DNA of 64,000 bases from Mobula hypostoma (lineage: Eukaryota), in the NCBI RefSeq assembly GCF_963921235.1, contig NC_086097.1, forward strand, positions 157,296,001 to 157,360,000, in the 5' to 3' direction. Shown piece after piece: positions 22,160-36,157 of the stretch (position 1 is its first letter; every line of letters begins with the position of its first letter). The notes beneath the pieces are model-generated. The model did no database searches, was not told where the DNA came from, and saw only the letters and a program-made list of their open reading frames with translations. The position numbers and the translations under genes are program-made.

Positions 22160-24200
22160 ATAGAAACATAGAAAATAGGCGCAGGAGTAGGCCATTCAGC
22201 CCTTTGAGCCTGCACCGCCATTCAGTATGATCATGGCTGATCATCCAACTCAGAACCCTGTACCTGCCTTCTCTCCATACCCCCGATCCCTTTAGCCACA
22301 AGGGCCTTATCTAACTCCCTCTTAAATATAGCCAATGAACTGGCCTCAACTGTTTCCTGTGGCAGAGAATTCCACAGATTCACCACTCTCTGTGTGAAGA
22401 AGTTTTTCCTAATCTCGGTCCTAAAAGGCTTCCCCTTTATCCTCAAACTGTGACCCCTCTACCCACATCAATACCATACCCCCAATACCGTGTGCTTTAA
22501 GTTTGCACTCTAATCTCCTGTGTGGGACCTTGTCAAAAGCCTTTTGAAAATCCAAATATACCACTGGTTCTCCCCTATCCACTCTACTAGCTACATCCTC
22601 AAAAAATTCTATGAGATTCGTCAGACATGATTTTCCTTTCACAAATCCATGCTGACTTTGTCCAATGATTTCACTGCTTTCCAAATGTGCTGTTATCACA
22701 TCCTTGATAACTGACTCCAGCAGTTTCCCCACCACCGATGTCAGGCTTACCGGTCTATAATTCCCTGGTTTCTCTCTCCCTCCTTTTTTTAAAAAGCGGG
22801 GTTACATTAGCCACCCTCCAATCCTCAGGAACTAGTCCAGAATCTAAAGAGTTTTGAAAAATTATCACTAATGCATCCAGTATTTCTTGGGCTACTTCCT
22901 TAAGCACCCTGGGATGCAGACCGTCTGGCCCTGGGGATTTATCTGCCTTTAATCCCTTCAATTTACCTAACACCACTTCCCTACTAACATGTATTTCCCT
23001 CAGATCCTCCATCTCACTAGACCCTCTGTCCCCTACTATTTCCAGAGGATTATTTATGTCCTCCTTTATGAATACAGAACCAAAGTAGTTACTCAATTGG
23101 TCTGCCATGTCCTTGTTCTCCATGATCAATTCACCTGTTTCTGTCTGTATGAGACCTACATCTGTCTTAACCAATCTTCTTCTTCTCACATATCTATAAA
23201 AACTTTTAAAGTCAGCTTTTACGTTCCCTGCCAGTTTTCTCTCATAATCTTTTTTTCCCTTTCCTAATTAAGCCCTTTGTCCTCCTCTGCTGTTCTCTGA
23301 ATTTCTCCCATTCCTTAGGTGAGCCGCTTTTTCTGGCTAATTTGTATGTTTCTTCTTTGGAATTGATACTATCCCTAATTTCCCTTGTCAGCCACGGGTG
23401 CACTACCTTCCCTGATTTATTTTTTTGCCAAACTGGGATGAACAATTGTTGTAGTTCATCCATGCGATCTTTAAATGCTTGCCATTGCATATCCACCGTG
23501 AACCCTTTAAGTATCATTTGCCAGTCTGTCTTAGCTAATTCACGTCTCATACCTTCAAAGTTACCCTTCTTTAAGTTCAGAACCTTTGTTTCTGAATTAA
23601 CTATGTCACTCTCCATCTTAATGAAGAATTCCAGCATATTATGGTCACTCTTACCCAAGGGGCCTCTCACGACAAGATTGCTAATTAACCCTTCCTCATT
23701 GCTCAATACCCAGTCTAGAATGGCCTGCTCTCTAGTTGCTTCCTCGACATGTTGGTTCAAAAAACCATCCCACATACATTCCAAGAAATCCTCTTCCTCA
23801 GCACCCTTACCAATTTGGTTCACCCAATCTATATGTAGATTGAAGTCACCAGTTATAACTGCTATTTCTTTATTGCATGCATTTCTAATTTCCCGTTTAA
23901 TGCCATCCCCAACCTCACTACTACTGTTAGGTGGCCTGTACACAACTCCCACCAGCGTTTTCTGCCCCTTAGTGTTATGCAGCTCTACCCATATCGATTC
24001 CACATCCTCCCGGCTAATGTCCTTCCTTTCTATTGCGTTAATCTTCTCTCTAACCAGCAATGCTACCCCACCTCCTTTTCTTTCATGTCTATCCCTTCAG
24101 AATATTGAATATCCCTGAATGTTGAGTTCCCATTCTTGGTCACCCTGGAGCTATGTCTCTGTGATCCCAACTATATCATATTCATTATTAACAATCTGCA
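22160..24200 (-). mobile_element. Young CR1 LINE, 5'-truncated in the endonuclease, with an internal RT deletion near 22457
   Basis: APE motifs YRPP, GDFN, SDH (23242-24060); KSPGPDG; QHGF..GKSCLTNL; LDFQKAFDKVPH joined directly to the ORF2 C-terminus; (TTTCTATG)n tail. Confidence 0.95.
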
Positions 24201-24214
24201 CTATTAAGCTATTA

Positions 24215-24690
24215 AGAATTAAGCTATTTGCCTCATCAAATCTTTTCTCATATTTGATCATGGCTGATTTTCCCACTCAACCCCATTCTTTCACATTCTC
24301 CACATAAAATTTGATGCCCTTTCTGATTAAGAATCTATCAACCTCTGCTTTAAATATACCCACAGCCATCGATGGCAATGAATTCCACAGACTCACTACT
24401 CTCAGGCTATAGAAATTCCTCCTTATCTCTGTTCTAAATGGATGTCCTTCTATTCTGAGGATGTGTTTGCTGGTCTCTCACTATTGGAAACATCCTTTTT
24501 ACATTCACTCTATCTAGGCCTCTTAACATTTGATAGGTTTCAATGATATTTTTCCCTCGTTATTGTAAACGCCAGTGATTCAAAGCCTAGAGCCATCAAA
24601 TGTTGTTCGTATGTCAAACTTTTCATTTCTGGATTCTCCAATGGCAGCATATCTTTTCATTAATATGAGGCCCAAAGCTGCTCACAATTC
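24215..24690 (-). mobile_element. Older CR1 3' end hosting the previous element
   Basis: gatcatggctgat tail motif and gaattccacagactcactact (VVSLWNS on the minus strand). Confidence 0.7.
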
Positions 24691-25390
24691 AAGACCTTAT
24701 TTATTTTAGTTAAACACACAGCATTGCACATGTTGAATCTGCTCATTTTTCCTTTGCAGGACCTGGAATAAAGGAAGACCGAGAGAACCGTGTGCTGTCT
24801 TCCAGTCATCAGATAGCTAAAGAACAGTAGGGCAGATAATTAGGTTTTCACCTGGTGATTTATGCTTCACAAATGATCAAGAGCAAATGGGGATCAACAG
24901 CAGAGAATTAGCATTAGACTGTGCAACTATTCCCAGGCTGTGTTTCAGCTTGGCACAGATCCTGTACCCTCGGGACTGCTGAGTGAGTAATAAGTCCAGC
25001 TGTGGCATGTGTGAGGTAATGTTGCAATTTTGCAAGATGAGGCACTGTCCATGTTAGAGGTTTGAACTACAGACTGCCAGATGCTTGAATCAAATGCCTG
25101 TCTCTATCAATTATGTACAGAATCTGGATGTTAAGACATCACCCACCTGAAACAGGATGATGAATAATTCAGTCTTTATGTTGCAAGAGCTCATTCATTT
25201 GCAATCGTCTTGCTGTCCAGCATTGAACTATCAATGAAGTAGAACAATAAAGGTAAAAGAGGATATGGAAGGCAGGAATTAACTTGAAATCCTTTTATTT
25301 TACATCCATAATCTATCTCTTCAGTCAAGTAACACATAGTCCCATTTGTCATTACTATATCAGATACTGCACAAGTATAAGTGACACATC

Positions 25391-25870
25391 TTTGTAGGAT
25401 TGTTCACCAAGCTTGGAGATTAGGTTGCAAACGTTTCATCACCAGTTGAGTACACGTCATTGTGCACAATTAAGTGTTGTTTCTGCCAAGTACTTGCGTT
25501 TTTATTGGTCCAACTGTTTCTGACTGGTTGGCTGTCATGCTGGCTGCTGGTCTCCACTGGGTCTCAGCCAATCAGATAGCTGAGTGTTCTCTGCTGGCCT
25601 GTATCCCTGGTTATCCGCCTTTGTGAGCATTGGTTCTTCAAGTGTCAGCAGCTCACCCCTCTACCCCGATCCTGCAGATCCACAGGTTTGTAAATAGCAT
25701 CCAGTTCAATATGCTTGTTATAGAGCCTTCATTGAGAACCAAGCTTCTAAGAATTCTCTTGATTTCTTGTTTTGTGGTTTTGACTGGTGATGAAATGTTT
25801 GCAGCATAACCTCCAGGCTTAGTGAACAACTGTACAAACAAGCAGCAAAACCGAGCTACCAATCTTCTCC
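25391..25870 (-). mobile_element. Second Penelope family: GIY-YIG C-terminus between inverted terminal segments
   Basis: Minus strand gives REFLEAWFS...KHIELD (~25697-25762); 25400-25446 and 25783-25829 are inverted copies. Confidence 0.7.
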
Positions 25871-26209
25871 TTCATCTCGAACAAGTGACATCATCAGGGG
25901 CTTCAAAACCAAGTCATTAGGGTATGGACCTGAACATTCAATTTCTACATCTGCTCACGCTACAACAGGTGAATCATTTGGGAGTTGCAGGAAATAGGAA
26001 AACGAGATTTTGTTGTACATATGAACTGTTACATTAAGTTTCTCAACATGGAGTTTCTCTTCACTTGGTATTAAATGTTAACCAGCCTATTTAGGTGCAA
26101 AAGTGAATTCTTGCAAGTGAGAGCAACTCCAGCTTTAAAAAATGCACAATGCACAGGCTGTGAAGCCTGACCAAGAAAGAGAAGATCCAAGAATGCTAGA
26201 CTCTGGGGG

Positions 26210-26645
26210 ATTTTTCACCCCCCCCCCCATTTTCTCTTCTGTATTTGCCTAATCTGGACCCCCTCTTACTTCTCTTCTCCTCACCTTCCTATTACATCTC
26301 ACTCTTTCACCTTTTCCTTCCCTTTCTCCCATGGTCCACTCTCCTCTCCTATCAGATTTGTTTTTCTCTAACCCTTTACTTTTTCCACCTATCATCTCCC
26401 AGCTTCTTACTTCATCCCACCTCCCTAGTTTCACCTATCACCTTCTAGCTTGTCCTCCTTCCCCTCTTCCCACCTTCTAATTCTGGCACCTTCCTTCTTC
26501 CTTTCCAGTCCTGATGAAGGATCTCAGCCCAAAATATTAACTGTTTATTCCTCTCTGTAGATGCTGAATGACTTGCTGAGTTCTTGAAACATTGTACGTG
26601 TGTTGACTGGATTTCCAGTATCTGTGGAACCTCTTGTGTTTATGT
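26210..26645 (+). mobile_element. Penelope 3' pyrimidine-rich region plus terminus
   Basis: Reverse-complement homolog of 10843-11290 and 30795-31300. Confidence 0.75.
26506..26543 (+). ncRNA. Degenerate hammerhead ribozyme
   Basis: CAGTC-CTGATGA-AGGATCTCAGCCC-AAAA-TATT-AACTG; stem I CAGT/ACTG retained, GAAA mutated. Confidence 0.5.
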
Positions 26646-27879
26646 TTAGAGAACTTCACAGTGTGCAGAAAGTGAGGAGTAGTGGTATTGCTTTCGAATG
26701 CTTCAGCAAAAAGCTGGTACTATCAACGGCACTGACACATTCATATGTGTCCTTCATAGCAATATAAAGTGCTGTAACCTTGCATATTATGTAATCCAAG
26801 CAGATCACAGCACATAATTAGCTTTCCATAGATGTCAATATGGATGGGTTTCTGGAGTATAGGCACTGTCTGTGAACAGACTGTTAAAGTAAACTCTGCT
26901 ATTTCTTAAGTTAATAGATTTGCTGTACCATCTGCTGTAAACATTGACATGAGTCTTGCCCTCTAACTGTGATTATCAGAGCACAAAACACTGCCAGGAA
27001 TCAATCTGTTAAACACCACAGACTCCCTCAATCACTTACACAACTGAGGGCAAGAGACCCATGCCTTTGCACTGTAATATAGGTGCAATCTCATCAAGCC
27101 CTTGTTAGGGATTGTTAAGGATAAAGCAGCTATTATCAAAAGTTAAAGGGTGACAGCCATTAATATAAATGAGAACTAGTCTTCAAACAATTTCCACTGC
27201 GACTACTACAAGCAGTAATCAGATTTGAAACTACATAGAGAGCAGCATGAATAAACATCACTGTCCATGTAGAAAACAGACTACCAGTTCACAGTGGGTG
27301 AACATTTAAGAGTTTGGAAACTGATGACCTTGAGACATTCTTCAATGCATTGGGCATATGTGCAGAGCAAAGAGCTATGCTGACTGGCATACATCAAACC
27401 AAACATCGGCCATCTTCAGTTCAGATATTTTGTTCTACTGCAACTAAGATGGAGGAGGTTGCCGACTAACTATTTTGCCATTTAGGACAAACAGTCCTGT
27501 TCAGTTAACCTACACTTGGGATGCGTGTGCATTCAGAGATCCATACATTAATACAAAGGTAAACAAAAGCTGAACTTGGTGTCTGGATTCCCAACACACG
27601 TAGAGCGCTGTGGGGCCGAGAGGAAAACTAGATCAGCTATGAGGAAATGGCAGAGCAGACTCAGTGGGCCAGATGGCCTAGTTCTGCTCCTATTTCTTAT
27701 GGTCTTATAAGGACTTTAGCAAGGCCCCGACAAGGTCGCTCATGGCAAGCTGGTCTGGAAGGTTAGACCACCATATGGGATCCAGGAGGAGATAGCAGAC
27801 TGGATTCATAATTTGTTCACCAATATAGAAGCTGCAGGTGATGGTCAAAGTTTGTTTCTGAGACTAGAGGCCTGTGCAT

Positions 27880-29537
27880 TTGTTTCAGTATTCACCAGGG
27901 AAAAAGGACCTTGGCAATTGAGCAAAGAGACGTTAAGAAAGATGATGTGCTGGAGCTTTTGAAAAGCATTAAGTTAGATAAGTCACCAGGATTGGATGAG
28001 ATGTATCCTAGGATACTGTGGGAAGCAAGGGAGGATATTGCTGAGCCTCTGGCGATGATCTTTGCATCACCAATAGGGACAGCAGAAGTACCAGAGGATT
28101 GGAGGGTTGCAAATGTTGTTCCCTTGTTCACGAAAAAGGGAGTAGAGATAACTCAGGAAATTATAGACCCGTGAGTCTTACTTCAGTGGTGAGCAAGTTG
28201 TTGGAGAAGATCCTGAGAAGCAGGATTTATGAGCATTTGGAGAGACATAATCTGATGAAGGATAGTTTCCATGGCGTTGTCAAGGGCAGGTCATGCTTTA
28301 CAAGCCTAATTGAATTCTTTGAGGAGGTAACAAAACACATTGATGAAGGTAGAGCAGTGGATGTAGTGTATATGGATTTCAGTAAGGAATTTGATAAGGT
28401 TTCCCATGCAAGACTCCTTCAGAAAGTAAGGAGGTATCGGCTCCAAGGAGACCTTGCTTTGTGGATCCAGAATTGGCTTGCCTACAGAAGGCAATGGGTG
28501 TTTGTAGATTGCTTGTACTCTTCATGAAGACTGGTGTCTGGCAGTGTTCCACAGAAATCTGTTCTGGGATCCCTCCTCTTTGTGATTTTCATAAATGACC
28601 TGGATGAGGAAGTAGAAGGGTGGGTTAGTAAGTCTGCTGATGACATAAAGGTTGGGCATGTTGTGGATAGTCTGAAGGATTGTCAGAGGTTACAGCGGGA
28701 TATCGATAGGATACAGAACTGGGCTGAGAAGTGGCAGATAGACTTCAACCCAGATAATTGTGAAGTGTTTCATTTTGGTAGGTCAAATCTGAAGACAGAA
28801 TATAATATTAATGGCAAGAGTCTTGGCAGTGGGGAGGATCAGAGAGATCTTCGGGTCCATGTCCATCGGACACTCAAAAGCTGCTGCACAGGTTGACAGT
28901 GTTGATAAGAAGACATATGGTGTGTTGGCATTCATCAACCATGGAATTGAGTTCAAGAGCCATGAGGTAATCTTACAAGTTACAAGACATGGGTCAGAAC
29001 CCACTTGCAGTTCTAGTCACCTCACCACAGGAAGGATGTAGATACTATAGAGTGCAGAGGAGATATACAAGAATGTTGCCTGGATTGGAGAGTGTGCCTT
29101 ATGAGAATAGGTTGAGCAAATGTGCCTTTTCTCCTTGGAGCGACAAAGGATGAGAGGTGACCTGATAGAGGTGTATAAGATGATGAGGGGCATTGATCGT
29201 GTGCATAGCCAGAGGTTTTTTCCCAGGGCTGAAATGGCTAACACGAGGGGGTATAGTTTTAAGGTGCTTGGAAGCTGGTGCAGAGGGGATGTCAGGGGTA
29301 AGTTTTTCACACAGTGTGTGGTGGGTATGTGGAATGCACTACCAGCTACAGTGGTGGAGGCAGATACAATAGGGTCTTTTAAGAAACTCTTAGATAGGTA
29401 CGTGTAGCTTAGAAAAATAGAGAGCTATGTGATTGGGTAATCTTGGCAGCTTCTTAAGTAGGTTACATGGTCAGCACAACATTGTGGGCCGAAGGGCCTA
29501 TAATGTGCTATAGGTTTTTATGTTCTATGTTTCATGT
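27880..29537 (+). mobile_element. CR1 LINE RT half, nested in an older CR1 (~27710-27875 and 29538-29760)
   Basis: KSPGLDEM, NYRPVSLTS, VYMDFSKEFDKV, VPQKSVLG, KSADD, TRGYSFK; tgttctatgtttc tail. Confidence 0.95.
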
Positions 29538-30794
29538 TCCAGTGGTAAGGCACAGGGTCAATGCTGGAACTTCTGTTGTTCGTAAATTTATATAAATGAC
29601 AGATGTGAATGTGCAAGGTATTTTTAGTAGATCTGTGGATGATACTAAAATGGATGGTATAGTACAAAATAGATGGGATAAAATAGAAACTTATGAAAAA
29701 TTACAGAAGAATCTGGATCAACTAGGTATTTGGGCTGAGTATTGGCAAATGATGTTCAATGTTTAGGCTAGGGTCAAATCGGGGTGATTCCTGGACAGCA
29801 AGGCTTAAAGAGCTAGAAGGGCCTATTTCACACTGTATTTCCCAATTATTTTTTTAAAGTGTTTAATTATTTGTAGTTACTTATTTTCAGCAAAGTTCTT
29901 TTTCTGTTGTAAATATATATTGCAATGAAATGACTTATCCAAACTCCAAAGTATTGAAGTACTCTGTGCAATTGTAAATTTGATGCTGTACTTTACCACC
30001 CTGGTGATATACGTCTGCTTAAGGAGTATAAAAAGTCTATGTATTTTCAGTTCAGAGAGACTCTCTCAGGAGATTCTGCCAAGAAATTCTCACACAAGGT
30101 TTCCAATTTTGTGTCTGCTTCTGCTGAATAACGACCTATACATCTCGAGCTTTGGTCTCCATATACATCATTCAAGGTCACAACCTCCCCTTGAAAATGT
30201 AATAAGTTATTCTTCTCTTTGTACTCTATGTCTTGCAAATAGGCCAACATACTTAACTGCTTGCTGCACTTCATGTTAACTGTCAGAGAACCAAGAGTAT
30301 TCAACTCCCTTTAAACACTGCCCTTCAGTCTCTCATCACTTTAAAATTCCTTTGCCTTTCTACTTTTTTCTGCTGAGATGACTTCATATGTTCCCACATT
30401 ATTACCTATTTTTACGTTCTCCTTTCACTTAGCCTGCCTATACACCTTCACGGCCTCTCTGGATCTTCCTCACAACACTCACATTTCCACTCGCATTAGC
30501 ATCAAAAACAAACTTGGCTACATCACCCATGTTTGTCTCATTACTATTAAAGATTGTGAAGTCAGGTAATCCCAGCAGCAAACTATGGTAACAATTCTCA
30601 ACCAACAAACTATCTATTTATTCGTATTCTTCCTTTTAAGTCCAACAACCCTCAGTTCATGCTGATGTGCTGCCCTCAATCCCATAGGCTCCAACAGAGT
30701 TCAAAAAGCAAAAAATCCCTTATTCCATTACGAAACATTTTACCGTAAGAAAGATGGAGACACAAGAGACTGCAGATATGGGAATCTGGAGCAA

Positions 30795-30831
30795 AAACAC
30801 AAGAGATTCTGCAGATGCTGGAAATCTTGAG

Positions 30832-30884
<53 letters not shown>

Positions 30885-31410
30885 GTGCTGGAGGAAATCA
30901 GCAAGTCAGAAAGCACTGTGGAGGGAAATGAGTAGTTGACGCCTTGGGCCAAGACTGTTCATCAAGTCTGGAAAAGGGGGAAGAAGACAGAATAAAAATG
31001 TGGGGGAGAAGAAGAAGGTGTACAAGCTAGCAGGTGATAGGTGAAACAAGGTGAAAAGGAAGATGGATAGTTGAGGGAGGGCAATGAATTAAGAAGCTGG
31101 GAGATGATAGCTGGAGGAGGTGGAGGGCTGAAGAAGAAGGAATCTGATAGGAGAGAGTAGTGAACCTTGTGAGAAAAGGAAGGAGCAGGCGCACTAGAGG
31201 GAGGTGATGGGCAGGTGAGGAGGAGAGAATAATGAGTGGGGAAACAGAAAGGGGAATAGAAAATGAGATTAAGAAGATCATGGATACATTACTAGAAGTT
31301 TGAGAAATTGATGATCATGTCATTAGTTTGGAGGGATCAAGATGGAATATGAACCAACATGTCAGAATGGGAATGGAAAGCTGAATTGAAATGAGTAGCC
31401 ATTTGGAGGA
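30795..31410 (-). mobile_element. Penelope 3' region plus terminus
   Basis: aacacaagagattctgcagatgctggaaat start, purine-rich tract, and end of the GIY-YIG region. Confidence 0.75.
30833..30882. repeat. (CA)25 microsatellite
   Basis: Read directly. Confidence 0.97.
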
Positions 31411-31422
31411 ACTCAATGTGCC

Positions 31423-31746
31423 AGTCGTCGTCGTTGTCGTCATGGCTATCCCTCAAGGTTGAGGATGATGGTCTTTGTTCTGTTGATCTACTTATGGGCT
31501 CTCAGGTGGCTTATGAGTCCAATCTTGGCTTTGAAAGTTCTTCCACATTCAGGACAGGTAGTTCCAGATGGCAGATCGGGCTTTGGTTGTTGCTGCCTCC
31601 CTTTCCATTTTCTTCTCTTTTCTTCTAATTCTGCACATCTGTTGGTTTCGAAAGTTGCTGTTCCTTCTCGGATGATGGCTTGCCAGAGTTTCCTGTCCTT
31701 GGCATTGGTTTCCCAATTGTTGATGTCGATGTTACAAAGAAAGAAG
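31423..31746 (-). mobile_element. RTE 3' end with C2H2-like terminus
   Basis: WETNAKDRKLWQ...CPECGRTFKAKIGLISHLRAH; (GAC)n tail. Confidence 0.85.
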
Positions 31747-32039
31747 TTATGAAAGGAAATGGACAGTTGACATTTCTGGTGAAGACCCTTCATCTGGACT
31801 GAAGTATATTCTGGACTAGAATATCTACGTGATTCTGCCTTACCCATCCAGTTCCTCCAGCATTTTCCCCCCTAAGGTAAGGAAGCTTTGGTCTACTGCA
31901 CCATTTTTTTCCAATAATTTAGGAATATTACTGGCAATTCAAATTCTGAAGTGAAAACTAGTTTGGTGACCATAACAATATTAAAGGTCTAATTGGAACA
32001 AGTGGTTGTTTTATCTCAAATAAAGACTTAAATGAAATG

Positions 32040-32860
32040 AATATAGGATAGTACAGGCCCTTTGGCCCATGATATTTTGCCAAGCTATATAAGCCTATGT
32101 CACTGTCAATCTAAACCATCCCTCCTACAAAGCCTATAACTCTCAAATATTCTTACATCCATTCAAAAGTCACAAACACCCCTATTGTATTGGCATCTAC
32201 CACTACCCCAGGCAGTGCATTCCAGACACCCACCATTCTTTGTATAAAAATCTTACCTCTGACACCTCCTCTAAACTTTTCTCTTTTGTTTAGGGAAGAT
32301 TTGTTAACTTCCTCAAACAAATCTCATCTGATATAGACTACTGCCACCCTGGGAGAAAAGTGCTGACTGTCCACTCTATCCGTGCCTCTCATACTCTTAA
32401 CATACCTCTATCAAGTTGTCTCTCATCCTCCTTCACTGCAAAGAAAAAAGCCTTTGTCAATCTTTCCTCATAAGACTTGTTCTCTAATCCAGCATCCTCT
32501 CTAAAGCTGCCACATCCTTCCCCTAATGAGGCAACTAGTTCTGAACACAACACTCCAAGTATAGTCTAGCCAGAGCTCTTGGACTCATTCCCCCTTCTAA
32601 TAAAGGCTAACAAATCATATAGCTTCTTAAACACATTATCAACAAGCAAGGCAACTTTGAAGAATCTATGGACACGGGTCCTAAATTCCCCCTGTTCTTT
32701 CATACTGTTAAAAATCCTACCATTAAACTTTACTCTGCCTTCAAGTTCAACATCCACACTTTTCCAGATTGAACTCCATTTGCCACTTCTCCATCCAGCT
32801 CTGAAAACCATCTATGTCCCCAAATTTACCTTATCTACAACACTACTGACCTTCATATCA
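32040..32860 (-). mobile_element. Degraded CR1 3' part
   Basis: ORF 32566-32811 resembles CR1 RT (VHRFFKVA..VD..LAFIRRG.E.KS); tail gtacaggccctttggccc. Confidence 0.75.
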
Positions 32861-33959
32861 TTTAATATAAATTGTCATTTAGTATCAACATTGAGAGCTA
32901 AATGGCCTGTACTTTGTTGTACTTTTGTTCTATGTTCAAATAGGAGTTGAAGGGAAGATTTGCCTTTCCAGTGCAAGAAGAACAGGGATCTTATAAACTT
33001 AAATCAGAAAATGCTGGTAAAACTCAGCCCAGCTAAGAGAGAAACAGAGTTAATGTTTCAGATCAAGCACATTTCAATGAAAGATTTTCCTCTTTTCTTG
33101 AGGTCATATCTATCTTGCCTCTGTACCTGAGCGAAACATAGGTAAGATAAAGATACAGTACTTGAAATTAAGCTGACCAAAGAGTAGAATCGAAATATCT
33201 AATGTATTAATAACATAGCAGAAAAGCTGCATACAAATATGTTAAGCTCTGCCCACAATCATTCATGGCGATACTGATTTCCAATACAGCAGAAAAAAAA
33301 ACAAGCAATTATAACACATTACCTCACAAAAAATAATTTATTTTCCACAATCGTCTTCTGTTTTATTAGGTGACACACACTTCTTTTTTGGATTTCTTCA
33401 GCATATAAATCTAAGGCTGCCTGCAGCTCCTGTTCAGTTTCATTTCACTCCTATCTCAAAGTCCCATCTTTCAACCTATAGTGATATCAGTGATTATGCC
33501 CTAGAGAATGATGACTTCATTTTCCGGGCAGCTGAATGAATGCCCAGGAATGTTCAGGACATCAAATAGATTGGAAAGGGTTGACAAGGCCAATAAACTT
33601 ATCAAACCTTTTTAAACTTTCTCTTAGTATTGGGATCTGAGCTACAAACCAAGTCACTACTGAGGACCACTCAGAGAATTCTAAGCCTCCAAAGTGACTA
33701 CCATTCATATAGCATTCTTAAAGTGGATTGTCCATGGAGACCAGAGACAATCTGATCATCAAATCTGTTCCAGGCTAAATCACGTGATGAGAATAACACT
33801 GATAAATAAAAATGTATTTAGTAACCTATTTCTGTGTTTTCATTTTAAAATCCTTACATCATAAGGCAGAGAGAATACTGAGGTTATTAATCTCTGCAAT
33901 TAATTTGTGCTTAGAAAGAATAAGTTTATATAGAAGAATACCCATTGATTTGTGAGTTT

Positions 33960-34130
33960 AGCTTTATAAAATCCCAACAGTTTCACAGATGATCTTTAGG
34001 GAAACTACCACTGTTCCCTGGTCTAGCTCTTTGTGACTCAGTTCCTACTTCTCTGGACACCTTAGTTTATTCAACAGCTTCTTATGGACAGCCAGGCATG
34101 GGAGATAAATTCATGAATTACCCACTTCTT
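33960..34130 (+). mobile_element. Deu-domain-like SINE remnant
   Basis: ctttagggaaactaccactgttccctggtctagctctttgtgactcag resembles the Deu core. Confidence 0.4.
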
Positions 34131-34319
34131 AAAATTTGGTATAACTTTGTGGAAAAGCCATTTTCAGGCTGTAAAATATTCCTATTGCTTTCGGTAACTA
34201 TTGACATGATGAATTGACCTACTCATTATTACTAATAAATCTGTAAATTAAAGTTGTAATATTCATTATGCATTTACTTTGCCTCTGTATATAGAGCTAT
34301 TTATTCGTATGGTAGTATC

Positions 34320-34985
34320 ACACAGAAATATACCCTTTGGTACACCACAACTATGACCATCATTTTGCACATTTATATTAATCCCGTTTGTCTGCTGTTA
34401 CTCCATATCCTTCTATATCTTGCCTACTTAAGACCATGTCTAAACATCACTTAAACGAAATGACTATATCTTACTCTATCGCCTCCTTTGACAGGGAGTT
34501 GCAGAAATTAGCCATTCTCCATGTCAAATCATTTCCTTTCAAATCTACTATAAAACTCCTCCTCCTAACTTAAATCTATGCCCTCATTTTTTTTCCTCTT
34601 TGATGCCCTGCTACAGGAAAAAAATTCTAAATACCCTATGTATGCCTGTTTATAGATCTCATTTGGGTCACCACTCAGCCTTTATCACTCAAGGAAAAGC
34701 AAACCCTGTATAACCAATCTCTCCCTAAAATGGAAGTCCTCCAGTCCAGGCAACATCCTTCTAAATCTCCTTTGTACTCTCTCCAGCACAAGATACTTGT
34801 CCTGTAACTTGTAACGTGGCAACTGGAACTCCGCAGAATATTCAAAGTGCAATCTAGCCAATGTTTTGTAAAGTTTCAATATTATATCCCAAATTTTGTA
34901 CTCTATGCTATAATCTATGAAGGCGTGACATGCAAGCCATAAGCCTCGCTTGACACTGGCTTCCTGTGTTGCCACTTTCAAAACT
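34320..34985 (-). mobile_element. Degraded CR1 3' part
   Basis: LKLYKTLARLHFEY...LERVQRRFRRMLPGL. Confidence 0.8.
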
Positions 34986-36155
34986 TCCTTAGTTTCATAT
35001 CACTTACTTTACATTGTCTTACCCTTATTTGACTTTTCATTATGGTGACAAGATAAAAACTTCGAAAAAGTAAGGACTAATTTCAAAGTATATGCATCAA
35101 GGACAGCCTGCCAGTAGATTTAAAGCATGAATCAAAACTATGAAAAACTGAGACAAAAGTAAAGTTCTACATTTTTTCTTTAAAATGATAAATCATTGAA
35201 ATATTGTTTTCGTACACATCTCCCATTGTGGAAAAATTGTGACATTTTTATTAGAGATTTCTATTTTGGAGTTTGCAGTGTATTATTGAACTTCCATAAT
35301 CATTCTGGCTTAATACAATTAATATATTGATGTTAGTTATGAAGAAGCAATCAGGATATCAGTGAGTAGCAATTGTTAGGAAAATTGATAAGTACCAATC
35401 AAAAATCCTATGTTTCCCATCATCAATCAATGGTTATATATGATCCATATTAATTGTAATCTATTATATATAGTCCTACTTTAATACTGATACATAGAAT
35501 TTGAATTAATTACAAATAAAAATTGCATAGCCCTTGAGAAGACAATATTGATATCAAGTCAAGGAAACTGAAAGAATGGTTTGAAATGAAAAGTAGAAGA
35601 AAGCTAGACATTAGTCAGTGTGGCAGAGTCCTGAAGTGGATTTTGTATCCATACTCAAAGGGAGACCACCTCTTTTTCTCATGTACAAAACCAGTTTATC
35701 CTGGATTGGGACCACATGCCAAGGTAATTTTTATAGTCTTATTCATCCTGCATTGAAAGTAAATTTTTTAATCAGCTTCATAGAGCAGTAGAAATATTAT
35801 GGATTAAGATAAATAACAGTATATGATTCAAGACTGCTGAGAACTGTCAAATTGACCCTATTATAACGGCGATTTAATTGGACAACTGACATAATTACCC
35901 AAAGTCTTGGAACTCCCTCAAACAGTCCATAATAAAAGGAAGGCAGATGGTTGGACTGAATCTTTGCACACTGAGAAGTAGGACTGTGTAGGACAAACTA
36001 CAATTTATACGGATTAAAAATTCTACCAAAGTTGTTTGCATATTCAAATAGCAAATCATAAACAGACTTCAAAGTTATTCTCTATTGTCTCTAGCCAAAA
36101 GAACTCCACAAGGTTAGTTTTTAAGTACTTAGAGGCAATTTGATATTTTACATTC

Positions 36156-36157
<2 letters not shown>

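Noticed and set aside
23342..24118. 258-aa plus-strand ORF, and its 231-aa counterpart at 63262-63957 (minus)
   Set aside because: Antisense mirror frame of the CR1 endonuclease; shared only because the two copies are closely related.
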